Source of the DNA: Dimargaris cristalligena
Lineage: Eukaryota
Length of the DNA stretch: 38,863 bases
Direction of reading: 5' to 3'
Assembly: GCA_003614675.1 (NCBI GenBank)
Contig: ML002357.1
Coordinates: 1 to 38,863, forward strand
Made by a program: the position numbers and the translations under genes. Within the stretch, counting starts at the first letter, position 1; each line of letters begins with the position of its first letter. The notes beneath the pieces are model-generated. The model was given only the letters and a program-made list of their open reading frames with translations. It searched no databases and had not been told where the DNA came from. Shown here piece by piece: positions 12,101 through 23,400 of this stretch.

Positions 12101-14373
12101 GATTCACTGCTTGTTTATGGAAGTAAAGCGGTCATGGAACGTACGGGAGCGGGTGCGGTTCAGTAAATCAATGACATAGGGAAATGGATCTTTGTAATGA
12201 TGCTGCTACTGCTGGAATTCACTCAATAATGGGGTAATAATTACGGCGTCTATTTGAATGGCACATTACTGGTGTATCTATAATCTAATACTGTTTAACG
12301 ACGAGAACGAAACAATAGCGACATGCGGTTCAGGGATAGTCAATCACGAACCAGCGAAAAAGGGAAGTTGGGTCCAGAATTCAGTACAAGGGTAAATGCA
12401 ATTACAGGGTCAGGAATCGTTATATGGAAGCAAGATGCTTGGGAATAACCCTATACGTAAAACAGCGTGATCATTAAACCGGAAGTAGAAAGGCATAAAG
12501 GAAGTGGAGGGGGGAGGTCAAAGCACAGTGGTCATTATTGTGTTTAGGGTTAGTGCAACCTTGAGTCCGTTCTATAGGGTGAATTGCCGCCACACTAAAT
12601 TCAGAGCAAGGGGGGAAAAGGAAGAGAGAGAAAGGAAGTAAGCACACTAACCTCGCCTGGACTCGGAAGGGCGTGGGCAAATTTTAATACACTGCCCTTA
12701 CAGGAATCGGGTAATTCGGCCAGGCCTACGGAACTCAAGTCGGTGTTGTTGTCGCTGTACTGCCTTCCTTAATTTCCAGTTCATGGTAGTTGATTTCAAT
12801 ATATACATATATATATATATTTGTATATTTGCAATCCACCAAAGCAGGGCGGTATAGTATAGCCAAACCTAAACAGCAAACAGGGAGGGGTAAGATTCTT
12901 CCGAATGGCCGAGGCGTCACATCGCCACCGCGTTACTATTATTTTAGAGCACTCGGTCTGCGACAGGAAACGGCCGACTCGATCGGCTAATGGGTCACCT
13001 CAACCGTTATTCCGATCAGCTCATTGAAACATTTTCCTTGGGTTCCTTCCTCCCCCTCTCCTTTACTCTAGCCATCCTTCTATTATCCCTTCTTCCGCCC
13101 TGGCCGGCTGCTACCCAACGCTATCCTTGCCGTCGTACACCCCAGTGGTTGGTGGCGACTGGGCTTGGGGTCCTACGAAACCGCTTGTGTAAGGGTAAAT
13201 GGGTTCTGGTTTGTTTTCCATGACCTTTTTCTCTCACCACACCAAGCCGTCCCGTTCATTAATCCAATGATAGGCAAAGCAGGGAAGAGAGAGAGGGGTC
13301 CACCGCGCCTTCTTCCTTGGGCCTCTGCTGGCCCCCTCTTTACAGCCGTCACTGTTATTGCTTACACTGTAAATGTTGCTGTATTAAAAGGGATATATAC
13401 AGTATTGTATGGTGTTTTACCTTTTCGGTTGTTGTTTTTTTTTGGGGGGGGGAGGGACGGGGGCTTCCACGCCTAAGGAAATTTATGGGAGCACAATCAT
13501 GTCGGCTTACAATGGACTGCCAGGGGGTCTAATAGGTAAGAACGAAACGAAGGAGGCAGCGGCCGGTCCAGCGTGGTTGGGGCAAAGGGTTTGGTTACAA
13601 ATCCCTCTCTCTCCGTCCCTTCCTTCGTGCCCGCCTTCTTTGCCTCTCCCGTGGTCACACATCCATAAGGTGGGTCAAATGAGCACAAGGTCTCTAAGGC
13701 TAGGGCCCTTCCTTTGCTGGGTCGGTGTATATATACACAAACGGTCGCCCACTGGCCACTCCATTCAGTTCTGTGGATTAAACTCATCTTATCGTCACTA
13801 CTTTCTCTATTCATTTCTCCGACAATCTATCTATCTATCTCCGTTTCCCTTAAGTGCAGTGGGCTAAAACACTTTGTCGAAATATGTTTTTGCTAGGGCT
13901 CACTCCTAACCCATAAACTTAAATTTTAAGTCAGCAGTTGGTTCAATTAGCTCATTTATCCGCCAACTAAAAAACCTCCCTGTTAACCTTTATCCACACT
14001 ATTCCCGACCATACTATATCTCGATATAATTTACACGGCGAAATCTTTCTGGATATGGTTGACAAATAAGCCGGATTAGGATTTATTTTACAGCTTTGGT
14101 TTCGCGCTTTGTATTATTATTTATCTCTATAGTTTTTCTGTGGGTTTCATTAGCTGTCCTAGTTTACATTGTTTCGTTCTCGTTACTATCCTCTCTCTCT
14201 CTCTCTCTCTCCCTCTCCTCTTTTCAAGTTAATTATCATCATTCTGGTATAGCGTCATCTGTGTCGAAATTTAAACTGTATTCCTTAATTGATTGAGCCA
14301 TCGATCCCTGTATCTTTTATCTATTTTCCGTTTTATATTTTCGTCGGCGCATCCATATACTTATCGTTAAACT

Positions 14374-15666
14374 ATGACCAGACCAATGGATCCGTATTAT
14401 GACAGTATCGACGTGGGCGAAGAGTCCCTTGCCGAGCGGTCTATACCCATCGATATCGCGGTCTTATCGCTAGGCTGCATTGTCTTCGCCATCGACCTGG
14501 TGGCTTTCCTCTACATTCTCGCCAACCGCAACTACCCTCCCCTCAAAGCCAAGAACATCGGGGTGATGGGGGCTGCCCTTCTCTCGGCCCTCTTCTGGTG
14601 GCTGGGCGACTCGCACGTCAACGGCCTGTTCGGGGCCGGCGACGGTATTCTGGGCCTGTGTCTCATGTGGGGCCTCTGGCTCCGCCATGTGTTGGGAATC
14701 ATGACCCATTTGATTATCATTAACTACCGCCTGCATCTGCTCAACTGGGTCTTCAACAAACGCCGGAGTACCCGTGGTTGGAAGTTCTACGTCCCGGTGG
14801 TCGTGGTAGCTATCCCCGTCATGGTCTTGGGTATCATCGCCGTGGCGCTACCCCGCAAGTACACCCTCGACTACAGTGTCGCGCTCAAACGCTGCAAGCA
14901 CAACGGTCTCATCAAGTACATGTGCTTCTCCTATTCCGTGTTTTTGATTTTACTCATTTGGGTGCAAAGTTTCGTCCTGCGCAATATTAAGAGTAGTTTC
15001 AACGAATTCCGCCAGATTCTCCCGGCGTGTATCGGTGCCACCCTGATTGTAGGGATCAACGCTTCGTTTGTGCTGAGTAAGCTGCACCATAAAATCCCGA
15101 GTCGGGCGATTCTGGGCGTGTGCAATCTGATTGCCTGCCAACTCTTCTTTTGGTTTATTATGGGGCCGGCCATCTGGGGCTGTCTGTTCCATCGCGAAGC
15201 GTACCTGGGTCGGTTTTATAATGCGCTGCAACGGGACGGTCTGCGGCAGTCGCTGAACCCGTCGGGGTATAAAGCCCAGTCGTCCTCAACGGGCTTGGAC
15301 GCGGGGGAAAAGAAACGGATCGTGTCGCTGGCGGGAACTACCTCCACTACGGCCACCAATAGTAACTCACCGCCTTTCTCCTCCCACCACCACTACCCAA
15401 ACCAACCCCAACACCACCTGCACCTCCACCGTATTTCTGATGATAATGAACACCCGCCGCCATTCTCGCTGGGTACGTACCACCCCACCGCCATGCAGCC
15501 CTGGATGGGGTACCCCCACTACAGTTCGGATGTGGCCCTCCAAGTCGTGCCGATTTCGCCGGCCACGGATACCTTCCACCATAATGACCCGCAGGATATG
15601 TTTGTGCTGGTGCCGACACGTACCACCGGTCCGCCTCCGTCGCACTCATCGATGGGTCGGCTGTAA
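14374..15666 (+). CDS. seven-transmembrane receptor, class-C (7tm_3)/GprK-like TM core, 430 aa, intronless
   Basis: Seven hydrophobic helices. Loop motif NRNYPPLKAKN after TM1, Cys before TM3 and in ECL2 (KRCKH), YRL...VF at the TM3 end, and RNIKSSFNEFRQI before TM6 (like the class-C 'FNE' motif). His/Pro/Ser-rich C-tail. Confidence 0.8.
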   Translation: MTRPMDPYYDSIDVGEESLAERSIPIDIAVLSLGCIVFAIDLVAFLYILANRNYPPLKAKNIGVMGAALLSALFWWLGDSHVNGLFGAGDGILGLCLMWGLWLRHVLGIMTHLIIINYRLHLLNWVFNKRRSTRGWKFYVPVVVVAIPVMVLGIIAVALPRKYTLDYSVALKRCKHNGLIKYMCFSYSVFLILLIWVQSFVLRNIKSSFNEFRQILPACIGATLIVGINASFVLSKLHHKIPSRAILGVCNLIACQLFFWFIMGPAIWGCLFHREAYLGRFYNALQRDGLRQSLNPSGYKAQSSSTGLDAGEKKRIVSLAGTTSTTATNSNSPPFSSHHHYPNQPQHHLHLHRISDDNEHPPPFSLGTYHPTAMQPWMGYPHYSSDVALQVVPISPATDTFHHNDPQDMFVLVPTRTTGPPPSHSSMGRL

Positions 15667-17608
15667 AACCCACCTGGCCACGCACCTGTTCTCTCCTTAT
15701 TTGAACGTCGACATTTCTATTTACTATCCACATCAATATTATATATATATGATGCCTTTAAGCTCTATACTCCCGTAGTACCCGGGAAACCCTAGCCCCC
15801 GATCCACCAGCACTACTTACCTGCATGTACAATACGGCTAATACGCCCAACTCTAATTAATATTACAATTAAAATAAATAAATAAAAAACCTTAATGGTA
15901 TATGCCGTGGGCAAACCTATTGGGAAGAACGGGATGACGAGGAGGCTAAGACAAGCCATATTGATTAGCCGGGTGCGATCTAAAGGGAGTCGGGGTTGAT
16001 GATTAACGCAGTGGGCTGATGGATATTGGCGATTTTTGACGGGGCATCTACCTAAGCGACTCGGTTTAATTAAAAGGGGGGGTTGCAAATGCCTGCGGCT
16101 GGTCGGAATTTTGAGGGCTAGGAAACTATCCGTGGAGTTCCACTTGGGGTGATGTAGGGGAGATAAATGGTCGGAGAGTAGCAATCCGAGGAAATCTGTA
16201 TAGCTGCCCTCCCCCCCAGGTCCTGCCGCCGTTGCCCTGACAGTGGTTAAATTAGGAGACTGAATCGGTAGTAGTGGTGGAGGGATCTCCCCCTCTTCCC
16301 CCACCTGCATGGATGGCCTAAGTATGGCCTCATGAAGCCGTCACACTAAGCAAGTGGTTTTGGTAGTATGAATCAGTGCGGCCAAACACCAGCCCCCCGT
16401 AGGAGGAGGGTGTGGTGGAATAATTTATACCTGGATCTGGTCGTTTCTCCTTGGCAGCCCCCAGAACCACCAACTAACCCACACTGTCTCTCGGCCTATA
16501 GTCGATGCTATGCTACGGTTTACCCCACCGCTGCGCGCCCCGCTACCGTGCCGCAGTTTTATGCAGGGTATGGTGACGATCCACCAAGCAACGGCAGCTG
16601 AACTACACAGCAACCAATACACCCTCAGCGAATGGCTCTGATAACCATCTGATACACCGCCACAGCCCAACACCACTAGCACGTTGCACGCCTCGAAAGA
16701 ACCGCCTAAGAAGAGGGATGGGCACGGAGAGCAGTGTGGTTTCTATGAATGACAATAACGAACCAAGGAAGAGGAGAAGAAAGAAACGGGAAGTGAAGAG
16801 AGGTGTGTATTGACGAAGAAGATCCAGGGGACCACTGCTACTCAACGGGCAGTGATTGGTCATGAATTCGCTGATAAACACAACATTAACAAGACAAGAC
16901 AGAGATCTATGGATTAGAGCGAGATTAGAGAGGTGCGCTAGGGTCGTCTTTGCCATGGTATGCGACCTCGTCACCGCTATCCGGCAGGTGGGGGGGCCGT
17001 TCCCTACGCTACGTACGGTTATGGTGCTATAGCGGCCGTACGACGAGATTTATAACCTAAAAAAAACTAACAGTAGGCCTTTAGCACTCCGCAAAGTAAA
17101 CCCAAGTGCGCCACCACTTGTTCGCTCATAAATCAGACTTATATCTACCATATGATCTAACGCACTCCTACTGAGGTCGTACGGGAAGTGAAACGCATTG
17201 ACGTAGCCGTTAGATCCCCCTTCGTTGAATGAAACAAAGACTTCGTCATTCGGAAAGACCATCTGCCAAAAGCGCCACCAACTAACGACCTCCACAGTTC
17301 TAAGTCCAGGCAGCTGCGACACCTATACTTCTTCTCTCTCTCTGCTTCACAGGGTCTGGTGGTCACTGCTCTTTTCTGGTCTCCCCTGGTTTATCTCGTA
17401 TTTTTCCCTACTTCTATTACTCGCCCTCTCTTTCTCTCTCTCTCTTCTTTCTCGTCTTCTCTTTTCCTACCTTTTTGCGTTTGCGTTTTTGGCCCACCCG
17501 TTGTTGCGGTCCCCCCTCCTTTCTATCCTCCCCTCATATATACACATATACACACACACACACATCCCACTGCACATCCGCATCCTTGCTGTTCTGGATT
17601 CAACCGCC

Positions 17609-20452
17609 ATGGCCGCTCAGCCTAACCCCGCCCCGCGCGGCTGTTTCCGCCGCTGGCTTCGCCGCATCTTCCTTATCTACGTGCTCTTTACCTTGGTCGT
17701 ACGCTGCCCCGACCAATTCACCCCTACTCTCCATCCCGATGCCCACCCCATTTGCCGCTCGGCTTACCACATTAAGCACCAGGTCATGCAGCCCGCTCTC
17801 ACTTACTTACAGGGCACTCCGTACGGCCAGCAGGTCCAGCATTGCTACCAGGAAACCCTCCAGCCGCTCTACCGGACCTACGGCTCCCCCGCCGTCCGCA
17901 CTTTGACGTATTACCAGGTACGTTACGTCACTCCGTGGGCCCACCGCATCTGGCAGACCGCGGGGGTGCCGGCGGTTCAGCAGGTGCAAGCGCAGTACTA
18001 CCAGCACGCCGCGCCCCGGGTGGCCCAGGCTATGCAATGGGTACTGACCCACTATACCCAGCAAGCGAAGCCCCATGTTGATACCACCGTGACCCAGGTC
18101 CAGAAGGCCTATAGCACGGTCTACAAGGTGAGCGTCGAACACGTGGGTCCCACCGCCCAACGACTGACCCGGGACACCGTCCAGTTTTACCACCAGCAAG
18201 TCGACCCCACCGCCCGGCGGGTGTATACCCAGTATTTGGTTCCCTTCTACCATAACCAACTGGTCCCCGGGGCCCGGACGGCCACGGCGGTCACGATGAA
18301 GTTCGCCCGGGAAACCATCGTCCCCGGCAGTATTCGGGCCTACCATTGGGGTTCGCATTACGCCCACTATACCTACGTGAACCATCTGGTGCCCGCTAGC
18401 AAGGCCTCCGGTAAGGCGATCCACACATTTTACCAAACGTCGGTGCGACCCACGACCTACCGCCTGTACCGTCAGCACCTAGGCCCCTACGTAGACCGCT
18501 ACGTAGACTGGGAGCGGGTGGATCAGTGGACGACCTCGGCGAATCGCGTGGCTATCACAGCCGGCTACTGGACCCAGCGGGTGTATGAAGTGGTTGCGGA
18601 ATACACCGGACGGGCCTGTGTGCTAAGTGCCCAGCTGTGGGACGAATACGTGGTCCAGCCCGGTGAGGAAATGCGGGAAGAGGAGAAGGTGGATGATAAG
18701 CAGGTCGTGCGGGATAGTTCTAAATTCGGTACCATTATTTCGTTGTTCGAAAGTCTGACCAACCGATTTGTATCGGGGACCGCTACTCCCCCTACTCCAG
18801 CTCCAGCTGCGACTCCGACTGCAACTTCCACCACCACCTCCACTTCGACCAAGATCGTGCAGTCGGAGGCCACTCCAGCGACCACCCCCCACGCCACTGG
18901 GGCCAATGGCAAGCCCAACCACCACGTATACGACCAACTGGTCCACGCCGCCACCAAAGCTAAAGAGGCCGTCCAGCACGCTATTTCCGAAAAGATCAGC
19001 AAGGTCACCGAAGTGATTAGGGCCCATACGGCCAAACCCATCCCTACCCTTACCACCACCTCGGCTTCGACCACCCACGGGGGAACGCCACACACGAAGC
19101 CAACCCCCGTTTCCACCCCGGCTAAAGGGGACGCCGTTCGGGTGGAAGAGGTGAAAAATCAGAAGAAAGCCGAAACTTCCGATCGTCAGTCTGTGGTCCC
19201 CATGTCATCATCGACATCGGTATCGACCAGCGCGTCCATCGTGGTTACCCCGTTGACCTCTACCTCTACCTTATCGTCTTCTTCAACTTCCTCCTCCTCT
19301 TCGCCACCACCACCGCCTCCCGCTTCCGCCAAGTCCTCGGAAGCCCCCAAGGTAGTCCAGGACGCCGCTATTCCCAAGCAACCTAAATCCGATGAAAAGC
19401 GGCCAACCGTTGATTCCGCCTCTATCCAGTCTGTGCAACCGAGCCTCTCCCACTCTGGGCCCACCCCAGAGCCGGTCATGTCTATTCAGACTGCCCCACC
19501 CCAGGCCCCCGTGGTGGTCGTATCTTCCCCCCTTGTGCAATCCGAAGAAGCACCAGCCAAGGTTCCACCTACCCAACGCGCTGCTGAACCCGCTGTGACT
19601 GCCCCCATTCCACCGGTCCAGGAACCCAAGGCCATTAAATCCACCTCGACCACCTCCTCGGCCCTTCCCACAGTGGAAACCGCCCCCTCGATTGTCCCAG
19701 TCATAGAAGTAAAGGAGACGGCTCCTCAGGTAGCCAAGAATGAAGCCCAAGCCCCCCCTGCCATTTCCTCCACCCCGGCTGCGTCCCCATCGCCAAAAGT
19801 AGAGCAGTCAGTGACCACGCCGGCGACGGAAATCCAAACCCCTGCCGATGACTCCAACCCCAACAATAGTAGTAGTGAATCTATCCGGCGGTTGGTAAAG
19901 TCAGCGGGCGGTGAGTCTAACCCCCACGTGGCTATCCCCAAGGGAGGGGATGAGGTTCTTAAAGAAAACGCCGCCCGGACCCTGCGTAAGGCCAACCCGG
20001 TCTCTTCTATTCCCGCAGCGGCCGGTGCTACGGACACCATGAACTACGACGACGTGGAAGGCGTGAAGAAGGCGGCGTCGGAATGGGTGCAACAAGCCAA
20101 ATCATCAATTGTCGCGCAGATTTCGTCGCAGAACCAGCCCCCGGTTCCGGAAACTGATGCTGTTTCGGAGGACAGTACCGGCACTGTAGTGGACCCCCAG
20201 CACACGCCAGTGTCGACTCCCGTGATCAAGGCGGAGGAGGAAAAGGAGACGAAGGCCAAGGCTGAGAAGAAGCCGACTGTGGTTGCGGCTTCGGTTCCCG
20301 TTGTCTCTGCTTCATCGTCGTCGCCGTCGCCATCTTCGTCAGTGGTGAAGACGGTGCCCATTGCGGAAACCCCTGTACCCACAATTCCATCCCAGCAGAA
20401 ACCCCAGACCCCATCGGGTGAACAACGGCCCCATATCCATGATGAACTATAA
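17609..20452 (+). CDS. She10-like membrane-anchored protein with long S/T/P-rich region and C-terminal HDEL (947 aa)
   Basis: The true start is likely ACCGCCATGG at 17609; the upstream part of the 17225 ORF is TTG-initiated CT/CA-repeat UTR. Basic residues precede one TM (IFLIYVLFTLVV), then a RCP...PICR motif, Y/P/Q-rich amphipathic helical repeats (PxxxxxYxxYxxP), a low-complexity S/T/P/A region, and the terminus HIHDEL*. The CDS is secure; the family is by recalled motif similarity. Confidence 0.8.
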   Translation: MAAQPNPAPRGCFRRWLRRIFLIYVLFTLVVRCPDQFTPTLHPDAHPICRSAYHIKHQVMQPALTYLQGTPYGQQVQHCYQETLQPLYRTYGSPAVRTLTYYQVRYVTPWAHRIWQTAGVPAVQQVQAQYYQHAAPRVAQAMQWVLTHYTQQAKPHVDTTVTQVQKAYSTVYKVSVEHVGPTAQRLTRDTVQFYHQQVDPTARRVYTQYLVPFYHNQLVPGARTATAVTMKFARETIVPGSIRAYHWGSHYAHYTYVNHLVPASKASGKAIHTFYQTSVRPTTYRLYRQHLGPYVDRYVDWERVDQWTTSANRVAITAGYWTQRVYEVVAEYTGRACVLSAQLWDEYVVQPGEEMREEEKVDDKQVVRDSSKFGTIISLFESLTNRFVSGTATPPTPAPAATPTATSTTTSTSTKIVQSEATPATTPHATGANGKPNHHVYDQLVHAATKAKEAVQHAISEKISKVTEVIRAHTAKPIPTLTTTSASTTHGGTPHTKPTPVSTPAKGDAVRVEEVKNQKKAETSDRQSVVPMSSSTSVSTSASIVVTPLTSTSTLSSSSTSSSSSPPPPPPASAKSSEAPKVVQDAAIPKQPKSDEKRPTVDSASIQSVQPSLSHSGPTPEPVMSIQTAPPQAPVVVVSSPLVQSEEAPAKVPPTQRAAEPAVTAPIPPVQEPKAIKSTSTTSSALPTVETAPSIVPVIEVKETAPQVAKNEAQAPPAISSTPAASPSPKVEQSVTTPATEIQTPADDSNPNNSSSESIRRLVKSAGGESNPHVAIPKGGDEVLKENAARTLRKANPVSSIPAAAGATDTMNYDDVEGVKKAASEWVQQAKSSIVAQISSQNQPPVPETDAVSEDSTGTVVDPQHTPVSTPVIKAEEEKETKAKAEKKPTVVAASVPVVSASSSSPSPSSSVVKTVPIAETPVPTIPSQQKPQTPSGEQRPHIHDEL

Positions 20453-23400
20453 ACGTGTTTGATCATGTGGGTCTAGTCTAGCCTCGTCTGCATCTTTTGC
20501 CCCGTGCATCCCATAAAAATACTATACGTCACAGATTGCGTATATATAGATAATTAGATAGATGAATTGGCGGCTACTCCTCCCTCTCTCTCCTTTTTCT
20601 TGCTCATTTACCACCCAAAAGCAATAATCCGTCTGTAGATTGGTATATTTCAAGCTCTTCCCGCTACCTCTTATTTTATTATTATTCTTTATATCTTACC
20701 ACTATCACCCCTTTAATCAGCCGTATTCTTTCATTTTTTCTTCTGTTTAAGTTCGATTCGCTGTGTTTGCTTATAGTCCGTATTTATATACCAATACTGT
20801 TGTTGTTGATTTTTTTTTGTTCTTTCTAAAAAAAAGCTTTGTCTGTTTATTTTTAATATCTCTCGGTATGGTCGGGTTTACCTTTCTATTTGCATACAAA
20901 TTCTTGTCGGTTGCAATTGTTCGACTATCATTTAACTAAATCAATTATGGGTCACCTGTAGAAGAGATAAATATCTGAATTTTGGAATGTAGCGTTAGTA
21001 TAAGTGTGAATTGGTTTGGATATCGGTGGCCTAAATGTTTAAGCCCAGCCCTGAACAACAGAGTCGCTTGAATTGTGGTGGTCCTTTGGTATTGGCAAAC
21101 CGGGAGGGTTGGCAACATTGGCAGACACGGGGATTAAGGGACTTCAAATATCCGCTGAACTTGGCGTCTAGCCACGTAGCCAGGCTAAGCCAAGCCAACT
21201 GTTCTTCGGATGCTGTAATGAAATTCGGGGATAGATTCGCCGATTTTCCGGTAGATAACATGTAAATGCCCAGGCTTCAACTATACAGTGCCCTGCTTGC
21301 ATATTACCCTTACCCATACATACATACCCACACCCCTTTATAGAATTACATGGCTATATAAATGTGTGTGTGTGTGTATGTGTGTATGTATGGACGTTAA
21401 AACCCGATATATATATATATATATATATGGGTATGGGTATAGTGAGACTACCCAAATATGGAACAAGCCCGACCCTTCGACGGTAGAATTCCATGAACCG
21501 TGGATCCATGCCTAGGGAAGGGGGTTGGTACAATGAAAGATGCACGCTCTGTACATTAAGGTCTGGTACAATAGTGGTCCGGGTGATTCAAGGGTGAGGG
21601 AAAAGCAAGGGGAGGAGTAGAGGATGTGTCGACCTTTGGTGGTAGCGGTGGTGATATGGATTTCGGACAAAATACAGCGATTGGAGGAGGTTTGGTAGTC
21701 CACAAATCCTGTGAGTGGAGGTAGGCGAAAGAGGGGGGGGGGTATTTGGTAAAGTAATTTTCCGACACCGGCAATGAGGGGTATGGCTGACGAATAAGGC
21801 GGCCAGGCTTTGCATTGGAACTGCCCAAGGGAATAAATTGAGCCAGAGGATAAGGGGTAAGTAATTGGCACTAGCGACGGCGGTGGTGGTGCTGATGGTA
21901 GTGGTGGAGGTTACAAATTGACTAGTATTATTATTATTATTAGAGTGGCGTTGGGCTTCTATGGCGAATGTTAGGTTATTCATTGGTTGATTAGTGTGGA
22001 TTGAATGTTGAAAGGAGTAAAAATGTCGAATGTGTTCGCCAAACAACGGGTAGAGCGGAAAACGGTCAAAATAAAACATCATTATGGGGGGGAGAGTGTG
22101 TGTGAACCGGTGGGAAATTTGGGAGAATGGATAGGAAAATTGGCGAAATAGAAGAGGCCCTTCTTCCCTATAACTTGAAGGATATCCAATAAGAGCCGAT
22201 CCGTCTTTTTTGGAGGGGTTATTGGTATATATGGGTGGCTCCCATTATGAATCACACCAATGGCCGATTACCAACACCACCACCAATAGCTGACATGGTA
22301 TAATCTATACATGAGAGAGAATCAGAGAGGGTGTGGGAGCGATGATAAGGGGAAGGGGATATACTAATATCCCCGCTAAGTCTGGGCATTAAAGAAAGAT
22401 AAAAGAATTGGTCAATAGGAATTCGTATCCCCGACCTTTATGGACATTCCCGCGCCTTTAATTTCCGGGGATCTTTCACCGGTTCATGACTATAGTCCCG
22501 ACTAATGCCGAGTGGCAATTGATCGCAGTGTGGTGACTATGCAGTTCCTTGGTAGTCGATGAGTGGTAGTGACCAGGCGGGGGGAGTATTGGGAACAGGT
22601 TGAGAGATTATCGCTGTAACCGATGGAAAGTCCGTTTCTTTTAGAAGGGGGTGAGTGTGGGGATCACCGAAATTTGACACCCGCTTTGGAGTATTATTTT
22701 TATAAAACTGTTGGGAGGGCCTGGCTAAACACACACTGGATAGGGGGAGGTATATATTCTATTTGGGATGTTTATAAGCTATAAATGAAAGGACGGGGTA
22801 GTGATTTACCTATCCCAAGGCATCAAGTGGGACATCACCCCCCCCCCCCTTCATCACATCATGATTTGCTCCCTCTCTTTATTATCCCCAACTAAAAAAC
22901 GGAACTACGGCATCATAAAAAGCGGCGGGGTGTTTGTGAATGGTAAATGGATTGGTCACCACCTGGTAAATTGAAAGGCTCCGCCTAAACAATAATGAAA
23001 GATACTGTAAAGTACATGAGCGGGGAAATGTATAACCCCTTCATTAGATTAACCCGAGTTGATTGGGTGGGCTTTTATATAAACTTGCTTTGGCACCACT
23101 CACTCGGCACCGAAGTATATATATACAAACTAAACATATGGGTGAAATTCAAACCAGCTGTATAAGGTTTTACATAATAGGTGAGAATGGCTTTTAACCA
23201 GTAATGTTGGCCTCATCCAATGGACTTTTCGTTATACAGCCTGAATGAACTTCTCCCATATTTATATTTATAAACCAAACACATACAACAATAGCCGCAA
23301 CACGTGTCACACGAGAATGCCCATTGGTCCCCTTGATGCTAGGGTTTTAGAGAGGAGTGGAGGCCCCCCATTGGGATCGGTTGGAGACTTGGACTGGCTG

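Noticed and set aside
13845..13912. tRNA-like fragment (AAGTG...CACTT stem; TAGG...CCTA stem)
   Set aside because: No TTCRA T-loop and no acceptor or anticodon stems could be formed.
16425..16974. Minus-strand ORFs (123 aa and 85 aa) divergent from the She10-like gene
   Set aside because: No recognisable domain, low-complexity pyrimidine origin, and frames that do not join convincingly.
17225..17608. N-terminal 128 aa of the 1075-aa ORF call
   Set aside because: TTG start and translation of CT/CA microsatellite leader; strong Kozak ATG at 17609.
21031..21265. Overlapping opposite-strand short ORFs, and GAAGTCCC/GGGCTTA resembling RNase MRP P4 on the minus strand
   Set aside because: Lacks the ACAnnA CR-V context and GARAR loop, spacing is too short, and the peptides are not recognisable.
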